Assembly: GCA_963720545.1 (NCBI GenBank) | Contig: OY970399.1 | Span: 1,216,001 to 1,280,000 of the forward strand | DNA: 64,000 bases | Direction of reading: 5' to 3' | Source of the DNA: an uncultured Acidobacteriota bacterium | GTDB lineage: Bacteria; Acidobacteriota; Vicinamibacteria; Fen-336 | Part shown: positions 18,620-27,735 of the stretch, in pieces | Layout: each line of letters begins with the position of its first letter | Numbering within the stretch: position 1 is the first letter of the stretch | Notes under the pieces: generated by a model | Seen by the model: the letters and a program-made list of their open reading frames with translations, nothing else | Databases searched by the model: none | What the model was told of the DNA's origin: nothing | Translations under genes and position numbers: made by a program

Positions 18620-19525
18620 TTGCTGCCGTTCAAGGTGCTGTTCGACCCGTCCGCCGACCTGGGCCTCGGCGCGCACGTCTTTCCCGGCGAGAAGTACGCG
18701 CTCATCGCCCGCTGGCTGCGCGACGAAGGCATCGCCGTGGAGGCCGACTTCGTCGTGCCGCGCCGCGCGACCGACGCGGAGCTGCTGCGTGTCCACACCG
18801 CCGAGTATCTGGAGAAGGTGAAGACCGGCACCTTCACCGAGTTCGAGGCGCACACGCTCGAAGTGCCTTGGTCGCCCACACTGGCCGAGGCATTCCTGGT
18901 GGCCGCGGGCGCCACCGTGGAGGCCGCCGCGCTCGCCCGCCGTGACGGTTGCGCGGTGACGCTCTCCGGAGGCTTCCACCACGCATTTCCGGATCACGGC
19001 GAGGGCTTCTGCCTCATCCACGACGTGGCGGTCGCCGTCGAGGCGCAGATTGCGTCGGGCGCGGCGCGGCGGGTTGCGATCGTGGACCTCGACGTGCACC
19101 AGGGCAACGGCTCGGCGGCGATCTTTCGCGAGCGCCAGGACGTGTTCACCGGCTCGGTGCACCAGGAGTGGTTGTACCCGTCGTGGAAGCCGCCGGGCAC
19201 GGTGGACATCGGCCTGCCCACCGGCGCGCGCGACCACGCGTACCTGGAAGCCGTCGACGAGCTGCTCACGCTGGTACGGCGGTTCGAACCGGACTCGATC
19301 TATTACGTGGCGGGCGCCGACCCCTATGAGCACGACCGTCTCGGCGGGTTGAAGGTGACGATGCAGGGACTCGCCGACCGTGACGAGCGCGTGTTCGACA
19401 CCGCGCTCGACCTGGGCGTGCCGGTGGTGGTGACGCTCGCCGGGGGCTACGCCGAGGACACTGGCGATACCGTCGAGATCCACGGCAATACGGTGCGCAT
19501 CGCCGGCCGGGTGTTCGCGAAGTGA
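18620..19525 (+). CDS. Histone deacetylase-family Zn deacylase
   Basis: HVFPGEKY, GGFHHA, GFC, DLDVHQGNG, AGADPYEHDRLG, AGGY; TTG start. Confidence 0.92.
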   Translation: MLPFKVLFDPSADLGLGAHVFPGEKYALIARWLRDEGIAVEADFVVPRRATDAELLRVHTAEYLEKVKTGTFTEFEAHTLEVPWSPTLAEAFLVAAGATVEAAALARRDGCAVTLSGGFHHAFPDHGEGFCLIHDVAVAVEAQIASGAARRVAIVDLDVHQGNGSAAIFRERQDVFTGSVHQEWLYPSWKPPGTVDIGLPTGARDHAYLEAVDELLTLVRRFEPDSIYYVAGADPYEHDRLGGLKVTMQGLADRDERVFDTALDLGVPVVVTLAGGYAEDTGDTVEIHGNTVRIAGRVFAK

Positions 19526-20478
19526 ACGAGCGGGGTGTGAGCCGCTTCGACGGGTTCCAGAAACTTGCCGTCGCCACGACCATCACCACCTACCTCCTGA
19601 TCCTGGTCGGTGCGCTGGTGCGTGCAACGGGGTCCGGCATGGGCTGCCCCGACTGGCCGAAATGCTTCGGCAACTGGGTGCCGCCCCTGACCGCCGCCGA
19701 CCTGCCGGCCGGCTTCGACGCCGCGCAGTTCAACGCCGCGAAGACCTGGACCGAATACCTCAATCGCCTGCTCGGCGCCACCACCGGCCTGCTGATCTTC
19801 GCGACGCTGGTCGCCGCGATTCGCCGCTACCGCCACCGGCCTGACGTGCTGTGGCCGGCGGTGCTGGCGTTCCTGGCGGTGGGCTTCGAAGGCTGGCTCG
19901 GGGGACGCGTCGTGGCCCACGGTCTCGCCCCCTGGATCGTCACCGCGCACCTGATGGGCGCTTTGGTCGTGGTCGGCGCCCTGCTGTACGCGACCATCCA
20001 TGCCTTCCTGCCGCTCGCGCAACCCTCGCGGCGCGACGCCGGCGTGCGCCGCCTGTTCGTGCTGGCCGCTGCGGTGTTCGGCCTGGCGATGGCGCAGCTG
20101 GTCCTCGGCACTCAGGTCCGCAGCCATCTCGATCACTCGGAGGCGGCCGGGCTCGATCCGGTGGCCGTCCTCGCAAGCCCCGCCGGCCTCGACCTGATGC
20201 ACCGCCGGATGTCGATCGTCGTCGCGGCCCTCACGCTCGTCCTCTGGGCAAGACTCCGGCGCGACACCACCGCCTCGCGCGCTGTGCGGCTCACTGCCGA
20301 CACGACCATCGTCCTCGTCGTTGCCCAGGTCGCCGCCGGCCTGGCGGTCGCGTATCTCGCGATCCCCCCGGCCGCCCAGGTCGCACACGTCGTTCTGGCA
20401 AGCCTCTATGTGGGCGCTCTTATGACCATGCTCATCCTGATTCCTCGCACTACGACCGACCCACCTCGCATGAGGTGA
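19522..20478 (+). CDS. ctaA: Heme A synthase COX15/CtaA family
   Basis: GALVRATGSGMGCPDWPKC, WTEYLNRLLG, multiple TM helices with conserved His. Confidence 0.85.
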   Translation: MNERGVSRFDGFQKLAVATTITTYLLILVGALVRATGSGMGCPDWPKCFGNWVPPLTAADLPAGFDAAQFNAAKTWTEYLNRLLGATTGLLIFATLVAAIRRYRHRPDVLWPAVLAFLAVGFEGWLGGRVVAHGLAPWIVTAHLMGALVVVGALLYATIHAFLPLAQPSRRDAGVRRLFVLAAAVFGLAMAQLVLGTQVRSHLDHSEAAGLDPVAVLASPAGLDLMHRRMSIVVAALTLVLWARLRRDTTASRAVRLTADTTIVLVVAQVAAGLAVAYLAIPPAAQVAHVVLASLYVGALMTMLILIPRTTTDPPRMR

Positions 20479-20486
20479 AAGGTAAC

Positions 20487-20518
20487 GGACTGCGTCCGGA
20501 CGCAGTCCACCACTTCTG
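20487..20518. repeat. 22-bp perfect palindrome plus tail; dispersed repeat copy 1
   Basis: GGACTGCGTCCGGACGCAGTCC (20487-20508) is self-complementary; 20489-20518 matches 53877-53906 at 29 of 30 positions. Confidence 0.85.
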
Positions 20519-20541
20519 TTCGGTGGCGTTTTTGCTGCGGT

Positions 20542-21522
20542 ATGCTGGCTTCAGGCATGCTGCAGGCGATTCTGGTCGGCGGACTCGTGGCGGCGACATC
20601 CAGCGCATCCCAGCTCCAGCCGGAGGCGCAGGTGCAGTCGCAGAACGTCGAAGCGACCCTCATGGCGGAACACCTGGCGGTGCGGCCAGGTCTGCCCCTG
20701 CGCGCCGGCGTGCGGTTGCGGATGAGCCCGGGATGGCACACCTACTGGAGCAATCCCGGCGACTCGGGACTCGCGACGAAGATCGAGTGGACGCTGCCGG
20801 AAGGATGGAAGGCCGGCCCCACCCAGTGGCCGCTGCCGACGCTGTTCGGCGATGGCGACGTGAAGAGCTACGGTTACGCCGACGAGGTCCTGCTGATCTC
20901 GACGCTCACGCCTCCGCCGGGCACGCAAAAGGGCGATGCGCGAATCAGCGCGAACGTTTCGTGGCTCGAGTGCGCCGACATCTGCAAGCCCGGCAAGGGC
21001 ACGCTGACGCTGACCATCCCCGTTGGCTATGCGAACGCTGGCGCAAGGGCTAACACCGCTACAAGTACGGCCCCGGGCACCGACGCAGACGGCACGCCGG
21101 CAGGGCAACTCTCCCCCGACGCGCCGCTGTTCGCCGCCACGCGCAAGCTGTGGCCGACGCCAGCACCGGCAGCGGCCGTGATGTTCGAGGAGCTGCAGGG
21201 CGCCATCGTCGTGAGCTGGCCGGCCGCGTGGGCGGCCGACAGCGCGCAGTTCTTTCCGGAACAGGCGGGCATCATCGAACCGTCGGCCGAGCAGGTGCGC
21301 GCCGTCGAAGGCAAGCGGGCGCGGCTGACGATCGCCCGCCCGCAAGGCGCCGCGCCGGTGCCGAAGGATACGGCCGGCGTGCTGGTGCTCACCAGCTCGA
21401 AGCCGCCGGCAGCAACCCAACCCGCCGCGGCACCAGCGGCTCCGAACCCGGCGGCCGCGGCAGCATCGGCATCTGCAACTCCTGCAAAGAAGGCGTACCG
21501 CGTCACATGGAGGTCGAAATGA
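20542..21522 (+). CDS. DsbD N-terminal domain protein (stand-alone, exported)
   Basis: PGWHTYWSNPGDSGLAT, SYGY, WLECADICKPG; Ala/Pro-rich linkers. Confidence 0.85.
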   Translation: MLASGMLQAILVGGLVAATSSASQLQPEAQVQSQNVEATLMAEHLAVRPGLPLRAGVRLRMSPGWHTYWSNPGDSGLATKIEWTLPEGWKAGPTQWPLPTLFGDGDVKSYGYADEVLLISTLTPPPGTQKGDARISANVSWLECADICKPGKGTLTLTIPVGYANAGARANTATSTAPGTDADGTPAGQLSPDAPLFAATRKLWPTPAPAAAVMFEELQGAIVVSWPAAWAADSAQFFPEQAGIIEPSAEQVRAVEGKRARLTIARPQGAAPVPKDTAGVLVLTSSKPPAATQPAAAPAAPNPAAAAASASATPAKKAYRVTWRSK

Positions 21523-22127
21523 GAGCGATCGTCGCCGGCGTCCTGTCCGTCCTGATGCTCCCCGTTCTTGCCGGCAGCGCGTCTGCCGCCGCCGTCGCCG
21601 GCCAGCCGGCGCCTGCCTTCACCGCCAAGGATTCCAGCGGCGCGACGCAGTCGCTGGCCGCGAACAAGGGCAAGTGGGTGATCCTCGAGTGGAACAACTT
21701 CGAGTGCCCGTTCGTGCAGAAGCACTACGGCACCGGCAATATGCAGGCGCTGCAACGGGAAGCCACCGACAAGGGAGTCGTCTGGTTCACCGTCAATTCG
21801 TCGGCTGCCGGCAAGCAGGGCCACTACTCGGCGGATGCCGTCGCCAGCATGCTCAAGTCGCGCAACGCGGCGCCCACCGCGTACCTGCTCGACGCCGACG
21901 GCACCGTGGGCCGGGCCTACGGCGCCAAGACAACGCCGCACATGTTCGTGATCGACCCGAAGGGCACCGTGGTCTATGCGGGCGGCATCGATGACAAGCC
22001 GTCCACCGAACCCGCGGATGTGAAGACCGCCAGGAATTTCGTGCGCGCGGCGCTCGATGAGGCCATGGCCGGCAAGCCGGTGACCACGGCCTCCGCCACG
22101 CCTTACGGGTGCTCGGTCAAGTACTAG
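21519..22127 (+). CDS. Exported redoxin/thioredoxin-family protein
   Basis: GQPAPAF, VILEWNNFECPFVQKHY, YGAKTTPHMFVID, PYGCSVKY. Confidence 0.9.
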   Translation: MRAIVAGVLSVLMLPVLAGSASAAAVAGQPAPAFTAKDSSGATQSLAANKGKWVILEWNNFECPFVQKHYGTGNMQALQREATDKGVVWFTVNSSAAGKQGHYSADAVASMLKSRNAAPTAYLLDADGTVGRAYGAKTTPHMFVIDPKGTVVYAGGIDDKPSTEPADVKTARNFVRAALDEAMAGKPVTTASATPYGCSVKY

Positions 22128-22180
22128 GCACCGGCGGGTTCTTCGGGCCAGCGCAAGCGCAAGGAGCCCTCAGAACTTCG

Positions 22181-22615
22181 TCACTTGATGAAATAGCCGA
22201 CTGCTCGCCAGGCGCCGTCTTTTTCGAGCGACATGATCGCGGTCTCGGCGCCTGACTTTTTCTGCTCGAAGCTGGTGGTGAACTCGACGACGACGTACTT
22301 GCCGTCGGGCGCGCCCGGAAGCGACTCGGTGTACTCCGACTTCGACACCGCGCGCGACAGCACCTTGCCCAGCGGGTCGCGGGCTTTCGCGGCCATCGTC
22401 ACCCACTTCTCCTGCAGCAGCGCTTCCTGGAACGAGGCGCCCGCCTGCGTCCAGCTGACGGCGTACTTGCCGGTGTCGAGCAGCTCGACCCAGGCGGTCG
22501 CCTGCTTTTCGGCCGCCGCCTTCGCCTCGGTTTCTTCGTCCGCCGCGAACGCCAATGCAGCGGCGCCCACGCCAAGCGCCGCGACGGCCAGGAACGCGAA
22601 TGCAGCTCTCATCAT
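22181..22615 (-). CDS. DUF4019-like exported protein
   Basis: Signal peptide; AWVELLDTGKY..SW, LPGAPDGKYVVVEF.TSF, DGAWRAVGYFIK. Confidence 0.8.
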   Translation of the reverse strand: MMRAAFAFLAVAALGVGAAALAFAADEETEAKAAAEKQATAWVELLDTGKYAVSWTQAGASFQEALLQEKWVTMAAKARDPLGKVLSRAVSKSEYTESLPGAPDGKYVVVEFTTSFEQKKSGAETAIMSLEKDGAWRAVGYFIK

Positions 22616-22629
22616 CAAAGCACCCTCTC

Positions 22630-24027
22630 TCAGGCGACCAGCGGCCGCCCGGGCTGCCGCTTCACGAACTCGCCGCGTCCAGGGCGCCCCGTGAAAGCGC
22701 CGTGGTCCACGATCACTTCGCCCCGCGACAGGACGACAGCCGGCGCGCCGCGCATGGCACGCCCCTCGTACGGGTTGTAGTCGACGCGCATGTGCAGGCT
22801 CTTCACCGACAGGGTCACTTCCTTCTCGGTGTCGAACAGCACCAGGTCGCCGTCCGAGCCCACGGCGATGGTGCCCTTCTTCGGCCACAGCCCGAACATC
22901 TTCGCCGGGTTGGTGGCGACGATCTCGACGAAGCGATGCGCGTCTATGCGGCCCGCGCGCACGCCCTCCCACAGCAGCATCAAGCGCGTCTCGATGCCGG
23001 GGGCGCCGTTCGGGATCTTCGAGAAGTCGTCGACGCCGAGCTGCTTCTGCGGCGGCTCGTTCATGCAGAACGGGCAATGGTCGGTCGACACCACCTGCAG
23101 GTCGTTTTTCTGCAGCCCCTTCCACAGCGCGTCCTGGTTCCATTTCTCGCGCAGCGGCGGCGACATCACGAACTTCGCGCCTTCGAAGCCAGGCCGCTCG
23201 TAGTCTTCATAGGAAAGGAAGAGGTACTGCGGGCAGGTCTCGGCGTAGGCCGGCAGCCCCATGTCGCGCGCCTGCTTCACCTTCTCGAGCGCGTCCGAGC
23301 AGGAAAGGTGCACGATGTAGATGGGCACGCCCGCCATCTCGGCGAGCGCCAGCGCGCGGCCCGTGGCTTCGCCTTCGGCGCGCGTCGGGCGCGTGAGCGC
23401 GTGATACTTCGGCGCCTTGTGCCCCTGGCGCAGCGCCTCCTTCACCAGCGTGTCGATGACGCCGCCGTTCTCGGCGTGCATGCAGATGAGTCCGCCGTTG
23501 TCGCGGGTCTTGAGGAGCGCGCGGAAGATGGTGGCGTCGTCCACCTGGAAGACGCCCGGATAGGCCATGAACAGCTTGAAGGACGTGATGCCCTCGCGGC
23601 CCACGAGGTGGTCCATGTCGATCGCCACCTGGTCGCTCAACTCGCGCACGATCATGTGGAACGCGTAGTCGATGGCGGCGCGGCCCTCGGCCTTCTTCAT
23701 CCAGCCTTCGAATGCGGGATAAAGGCCCTCGCCGAAGTTCTGGATGGCGAAGTCGACGATGGTGGTGGTGCCGCCGAAGGCCGCCGCGATGGTGCCGGTC
23801 TCGAAATCGTCGGCGGAATTGGTGCCGCCAAACGGCATGTCGAGATGGGTATGGACATCGATGCCGCCCGGCATCACCAGCTTGCCCGACGCGTCGATGA
23901 TGGTGTCGGCCGGAATGTTGAGGCCGGCGCCGATCAGCGAGACGACTCCCTTGTCTATGAAAATGTCGGCGGTGTAGCGGTCGGACGCCGTGACGATGGT
24001 GCCGTTGCGGACGAGCGTCGTCGCCAT
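22630..24027 (-). CDS. hydA: Dihydropyrimidinase
   Basis: PGGIDVHTH, AAFGGTTT, SFKLFMAY, MHAENG, ETCPQYL, STDHCPF, KIPNGAPGIETR. Confidence 0.95.
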   Translation of the reverse strand: MATTLVRNGTIVTASDRYTADIFIDKGVVSLIGAGLNIPADTIIDASGKLVMPGGIDVHTHLDMPFGGTNSADDFETGTIAAAFGGTTTIVDFAIQNFGEGLYPAFEGWMKKAEGRAAIDYAFHMIVRELSDQVAIDMDHLVGREGITSFKLFMAYPGVFQVDDATIFRALLKTRDNGGLICMHAENGGVIDTLVKEALRQGHKAPKYHALTRPTRAEGEATGRALALAEMAGVPIYIVHLSCSDALEKVKQARDMGLPAYAETCPQYLFLSYEDYERPGFEGAKFVMSPPLREKWNQDALWKGLQKNDLQVVSTDHCPFCMNEPPQKQLGVDDFSKIPNGAPGIETRLMLLWEGVRAGRIDAHRFVEIVATNPAKMFGLWPKKGTIAVGSDGDLVLFDTEKEVTLSVKSLHMRVDYNPYEGRAMRGAPAVVLSRGEVIVDHGAFTGRPGRGEFVKRQPGRPLVA

Positions 24028-24034
24028 GCTGCGC

Positions 24035-25156
24035 TTATTTCTCCTGGCTGGCCGCGTAGCCTTCCGCGGAATCGTGGCCGCCGGCATACTCCTTGTCGTC
24101 GGGCCGGCGGATCTGCGAGTGCGACACGACCTTGCCCCGGTTCAGTCCGCGGAAGTCCTCGACAGAGCTGAAGCGGCCCGCGTTCTTCTCGAGGAACGCG
24201 GTCATGCCCGCGAGCAGCCGCTTGATGACGTCGGGCCCGATGGCGCGGTCGAGCATGGCGGCGGTGCACACCTGCACCGTGCCGCAGCCCATCAGGAAGT
24301 AGTTGAGCGCCTGGCCGAATTCGGAGACGCCGCCGATGCCCGAGAACGACTTCTCCGGGAAGGTGCGCGTCATCTGCGCCATCTTGGCGAGCGACTGCGG
24401 CAGGATCGCCGGCCCGCCCAGGCCCCCGCTCGACACCAGGCCGTCCACGTTCATCTCGAACTCGAGCGTCTCGGGATCGACGAGCGGCAGCGACGGGAAC
24501 GTGTTCGAGGACGACACGGCATCGGCGCCGCCGGTGAAGACGGCGCCGGCTTCGAGGGCGATGTCGGTGGTGGACGGCGTCAACTTCGCCCACACCGGGA
24601 TGCGCACCACGTCCTTCACCACCTGCGTGACGAACGAGCAGAGCGCCTTGTTCTTGCCGATGTTCGAGCCCATGTCTTCGCGGTCCATGTGCGGACAGGA
24701 CAGGTTGAGCTCCAGCCCGTCGCAGCCCTCGTCCTGGCAGGCGGTCGCGAGCGTGCGCCAGTGGTCGAGCTCCTTGTCGCTGCCCGAGCCCGCCATGATC
24801 GAGGCGATCAGGATGCGGTCGGGATGCGCCTTCTTGATCTTGTTGAGCCGCGGCACCCACCAGTCGAGCGGCTTGTCGGAGATGAGCTCCCAGTTCCACG
24901 ACGAGTGCAGCACCCCGGCGCGGCCGGCGTTCATCGAGAGCCGGCCGGTCTCGGGGTTGACGCGCGTGAACTTCGTTTTGGGCCCCGCGACGTTCACCAC
25001 CGGGTGCAGCCCGATGGTCTTGGTCACCACCCCGCCCCACCCCGCGTCGAACGCGCGCAGGATGTTCACATCCGATTCGGTTGGCGGCGCGGACGCGAGC
25101 AGGAACGGGTTCTGGAAGCGAAGTCCGGTGAAGTTCACCGACGTGTCTACGGCCAT
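24035..25156 (-). CDS. preA: Dihydropyrimidine dehydrogenase FMN subunit (PreA-like) without ferredoxin tail
   Basis: NPFLLASAPPT, AGWGGVVTKT, NWELISD, ELNLSCPH, WAKLTP, SGIGG, VQVCTA. Confidence 0.88.
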   Translation of the reverse strand: MAVDTSVNFTGLRFQNPFLLASAPPTESDVNILRAFDAGWGGVVTKTIGLHPVVNVAGPKTKFTRVNPETGRLSMNAGRAGVLHSSWNWELISDKPLDWWVPRLNKIKKAHPDRILIASIMAGSGSDKELDHWRTLATACQDEGCDGLELNLSCPHMDREDMGSNIGKNKALCSFVTQVVKDVVRIPVWAKLTPSTTDIALEAGAVFTGGADAVSSSNTFPSLPLVDPETLEFEMNVDGLVSSGGLGGPAILPQSLAKMAQMTRTFPEKSFSGIGGVSEFGQALNYFLMGCGTVQVCTAAMLDRAIGPDVIKRLLAGMTAFLEKNAGRFSSVEDFRGLNRGKVVSHSQIRRPDDKEYAGGHDSAEGYAASQEK

Positions 25157-25219
25157 GTGCGCCTCCCGCGAGAGGATACCTGATCTAAGCTCTGCCCCAG
25201 ACCCGGCATGGTGAACTGA

Positions 25220-26602
25220 CTGCTCTTCAACAGCCTGCCGTTCCTGTTCGGCTTCCTGCCAATCACGTACTTCGTGTTCTGGCGCCTGCGAACGCCGCAG
25301 GCGCGCTACGTGTGGCTGGCGTTCACAGGCTACGTCTTCTACGCCTTCTGGGACTACCGCTTTTGCGCGCTGATGGCGTTCTCGACGCTCGTCAGCTACT
25401 TCGCCGCCCTCGCCATGCAGGCGCAGCCGCAGCGCAAGCGCTTCTTCCTGTGGCTCGCCGTTGGCGTCGACCTGGCGCTCCTCGGCTTCTTCAAGTACGC
25501 GGGCTTCCTGGCTCGCTCGACGAGTGCCGCGGCCGGATTTTTCGGCTGGCACCTGCCAGCACCCGAATGGAACATCGTGCTGCCGGTCGGCATCTCGTTC
25601 TACACGTTCCACACCATTACTTACATGGTGGACAGCTACCGCGGCGTCATCGTGCCGACGCGCAACTTCTTCGAGTTCTCCGCGTACGTGTCGCTGTTCG
25701 CGCAGCTGGTGGCGGGGCCGATCGTGCGCTTCCGCCAGATCGAGGCGGATCTCGACGACATCGGCGCCGCGCGCGAGCGCCGCGACCTCGACCGCGCGTG
25801 GTCGTTTTTCACCGTCGGGCTCGCGAAGAAGGTGCTGATCGCCGACACCATCGCGGCACTCATCAACCCGATGTGGGCCAACCTCGGCAGCCTGTCCACC
25901 ACCGACGCGTGGCTCGCGGTGTTCGGCTACGCGTACCAGCTCTATTTCGACTTCTCTGGCTACAGCGACATGGCGGTGGGCCTGGGCCTGATGTTCGGAC
26001 TGCGACTGCCGCAGAACTTCAACTCGCCCTACCAGGCGCTCGACATCGCCGACTTCTGGAGGCGGTGGCACATTTCGCTCTCGAGCATCCTGCGCGACTA
26101 CCTCTACATCCCGCTCGGCGGCAGCCGCGGTGGATCGCTGCTGACCGTACGCAACCTGATGATCACCATGCTGCTCGGCGGTTTGTGGCACGGCGCGGCG
26201 TGGACCTTCGTCTTGTGGGGCGCCTACCACGGCGTCCTGCTCTGCCTGCAGCGAGCGCTCGGTAAGCGGCTTGCGGCCGTACCGGCGGCGTTACGGCAAG
26301 CTGCAACGTTCGCGCTGGTCGTGGTCGGCTGGGTGTTGTTCCGGGCTCCCAATGCCCACGACGCGATTCGCATGTACGGCCGCATGTTTCGCCTCAACGG
26401 TCTCGAGATGATGCCGCACCAGCTTGCACTCCTGCCTCTGCTCGTAGTTGCCGCCGTCGCCGCGCACGCGGCTCCAAACACCTGGAACATCGGTCATCGG
26501 TGGGGTCTCGCGACCAACGTCGCGCTCTGCGCCGTAGTGGTTGCGGTGCTCATCGCCTTGCACGCTGGCGGCGCCAGCCCCTTCCTGTATTTCCAGTTCT
26601 GA
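25220..26602 (+). CDS. MBOAT O-acyltransferase (AlgI/DltB-like)
   Basis: xLFNSLPFLFGFLP, LPVGISFYTF, QLVAGPIVR, YFDFSGYSDMA, FWRRWHISLS, GLWHGA. Start codon uncertain (CTG 25220; GTG 25274). Confidence 0.92.
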   Translation: MLFNSLPFLFGFLPITYFVFWRLRTPQARYVWLAFTGYVFYAFWDYRFCALMAFSTLVSYFAALAMQAQPQRKRFFLWLAVGVDLALLGFFKYAGFLARSTSAAAGFFGWHLPAPEWNIVLPVGISFYTFHTITYMVDSYRGVIVPTRNFFEFSAYVSLFAQLVAGPIVRFRQIEADLDDIGAARERRDLDRAWSFFTVGLAKKVLIADTIAALINPMWANLGSLSTTDAWLAVFGYAYQLYFDFSGYSDMAVGLGLMFGLRLPQNFNSPYQALDIADFWRRWHISLSSILRDYLYIPLGGSRGGSLLTVRNLMITMLLGGLWHGAAWTFVLWGAYHGVLLCLQRALGKRLAAVPAALRQAATFALVVVGWVLFRAPNAHDAIRMYGRMFRLNGLEMMPHQLALLPLLVVAAVAAHAAPNTWNIGHRWGLATNVALCAVVVAVLIALHAGGASPFLYFQF

Positions 26603-27735
26603 TGAGCGCGTCGCGAAGCATCTTCGCAACGGGCCGGCTGATCCCGGCAATGATGGTCGCCGTCGGCCTCGCCGACCTCGTCACGCGCGCGTGTCCGGTG
26701 GACCGCATCGCCTTTCGTGCCTGGGAACCGATGACCTACTACCGCCCCGCCGGCACCGCGTTCGAGCCCAGCGCGCACTACGACAGGCGTTCCTACGGCG
26801 ATCTCGCCAACCGCGGCAACCTGCCGCAGTTCCGCGTCTACCGCCAGGAGCGCTTCACCACGGACGAGTACGGCTTCCGGAACTCACCGTCGCTGCGGTC
26901 GGCGGGCCGCATTGACGCGCTCCTTTCCGGCGACTCATTCGCAGCAGGTTCCGGCGTCGCCGATGAGGACACGCTGGCGGCACAACTCACGCAGCGCGGC
27001 ATCACCACATACAACGTCGCACCGATGCGCGCGACCGCCGAGGCCGTGCCGTTCATGGTGGACACGCTCGGAATGAAGGGCGGTTGGCTGCTGAGCGAGG
27101 AAGTGGTTGCCGGCTTCCGGCGCGCTGCGGCGGCGGCTACCGTCGAGTGGACGCCCCCGCGACCGCGTACGCCGCTGACAGCCGTCAACCGGCTGCGCCG
27201 CAACGTCAACGCGGCCACCTGGCCCCTGCGCATCGTCGCCGACCGCTGGCTGAAGGCGTGGCAGGATGACCGCTGGTTCCCGAACGTCTACAAGGACCGC
27301 GTCTCAGCGCGGCCGCTCGTGAACGGCGACTCCATGCTGTTCATGTCCGGCGACGAAAGGCCGGAACCGCTGACACCGCCGGCGATCGAAGCGGTCAACA
27401 GCGTGGTCGTACGCTACAAAGCGCTGCAGGCGGCGCTGCTGCCTTCCGCGTTGCGGCTCGCCGTGGTGCTGGTCCCGGACAAGCTGCAGGTGTACGCCCC
27501 GCTCGTGCAGGAGAGCGCGTGGCCGGCAGCGATGTCGCCTTACATGCAGGAGCTCGACCGCCGGCTGCGCGACGCCGGTGTTCCCGTAGTGAACCTGTAT
27601 CCGGCGCTTGCGGAGGCCGCCCGGCGCAAGGCTCCGGCGCACCAGTATGTGTACTGGCCCGACGACACGCACTGGAACGCTGCAGGCATCGCGACGGCGG
27701 CTGGCGCAATCGCCAACCAACTGCCCGCTAATTGA
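26602..27735 (+). CDS. SGNH/AlgJ-AlgX-like O-acetyltransferase partner
   Basis: TDEYGFRN, GDSF, LVPDK, DDTHWN; coupled to the MBOAT stop (TGATG). Confidence 0.82.
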   Translation: MSASRSIFATGRLIPAMMVAVGLADLVTRACPVDRIAFRAWEPMTYYRPAGTAFEPSAHYDRRSYGDLANRGNLPQFRVYRQERFTTDEYGFRNSPSLRSAGRIDALLSGDSFAAGSGVADEDTLAAQLTQRGITTYNVAPMRATAEAVPFMVDTLGMKGGWLLSEEVVAGFRRAAAAATVEWTPPRPRTPLTAVNRLRRNVNAATWPLRIVADRWLKAWQDDRWFPNVYKDRVSARPLVNGDSMLFMSGDERPEPLTPPAIEAVNSVVVRYKALQAALLPSALRLAVVLVPDKLQVYAPLVQESAWPAAMSPYMQELDRRLRDAGVPVVNLYPALAEAARRKAPAHQYVYWPDDTHWNAAGIATAAGAIANQLPAN

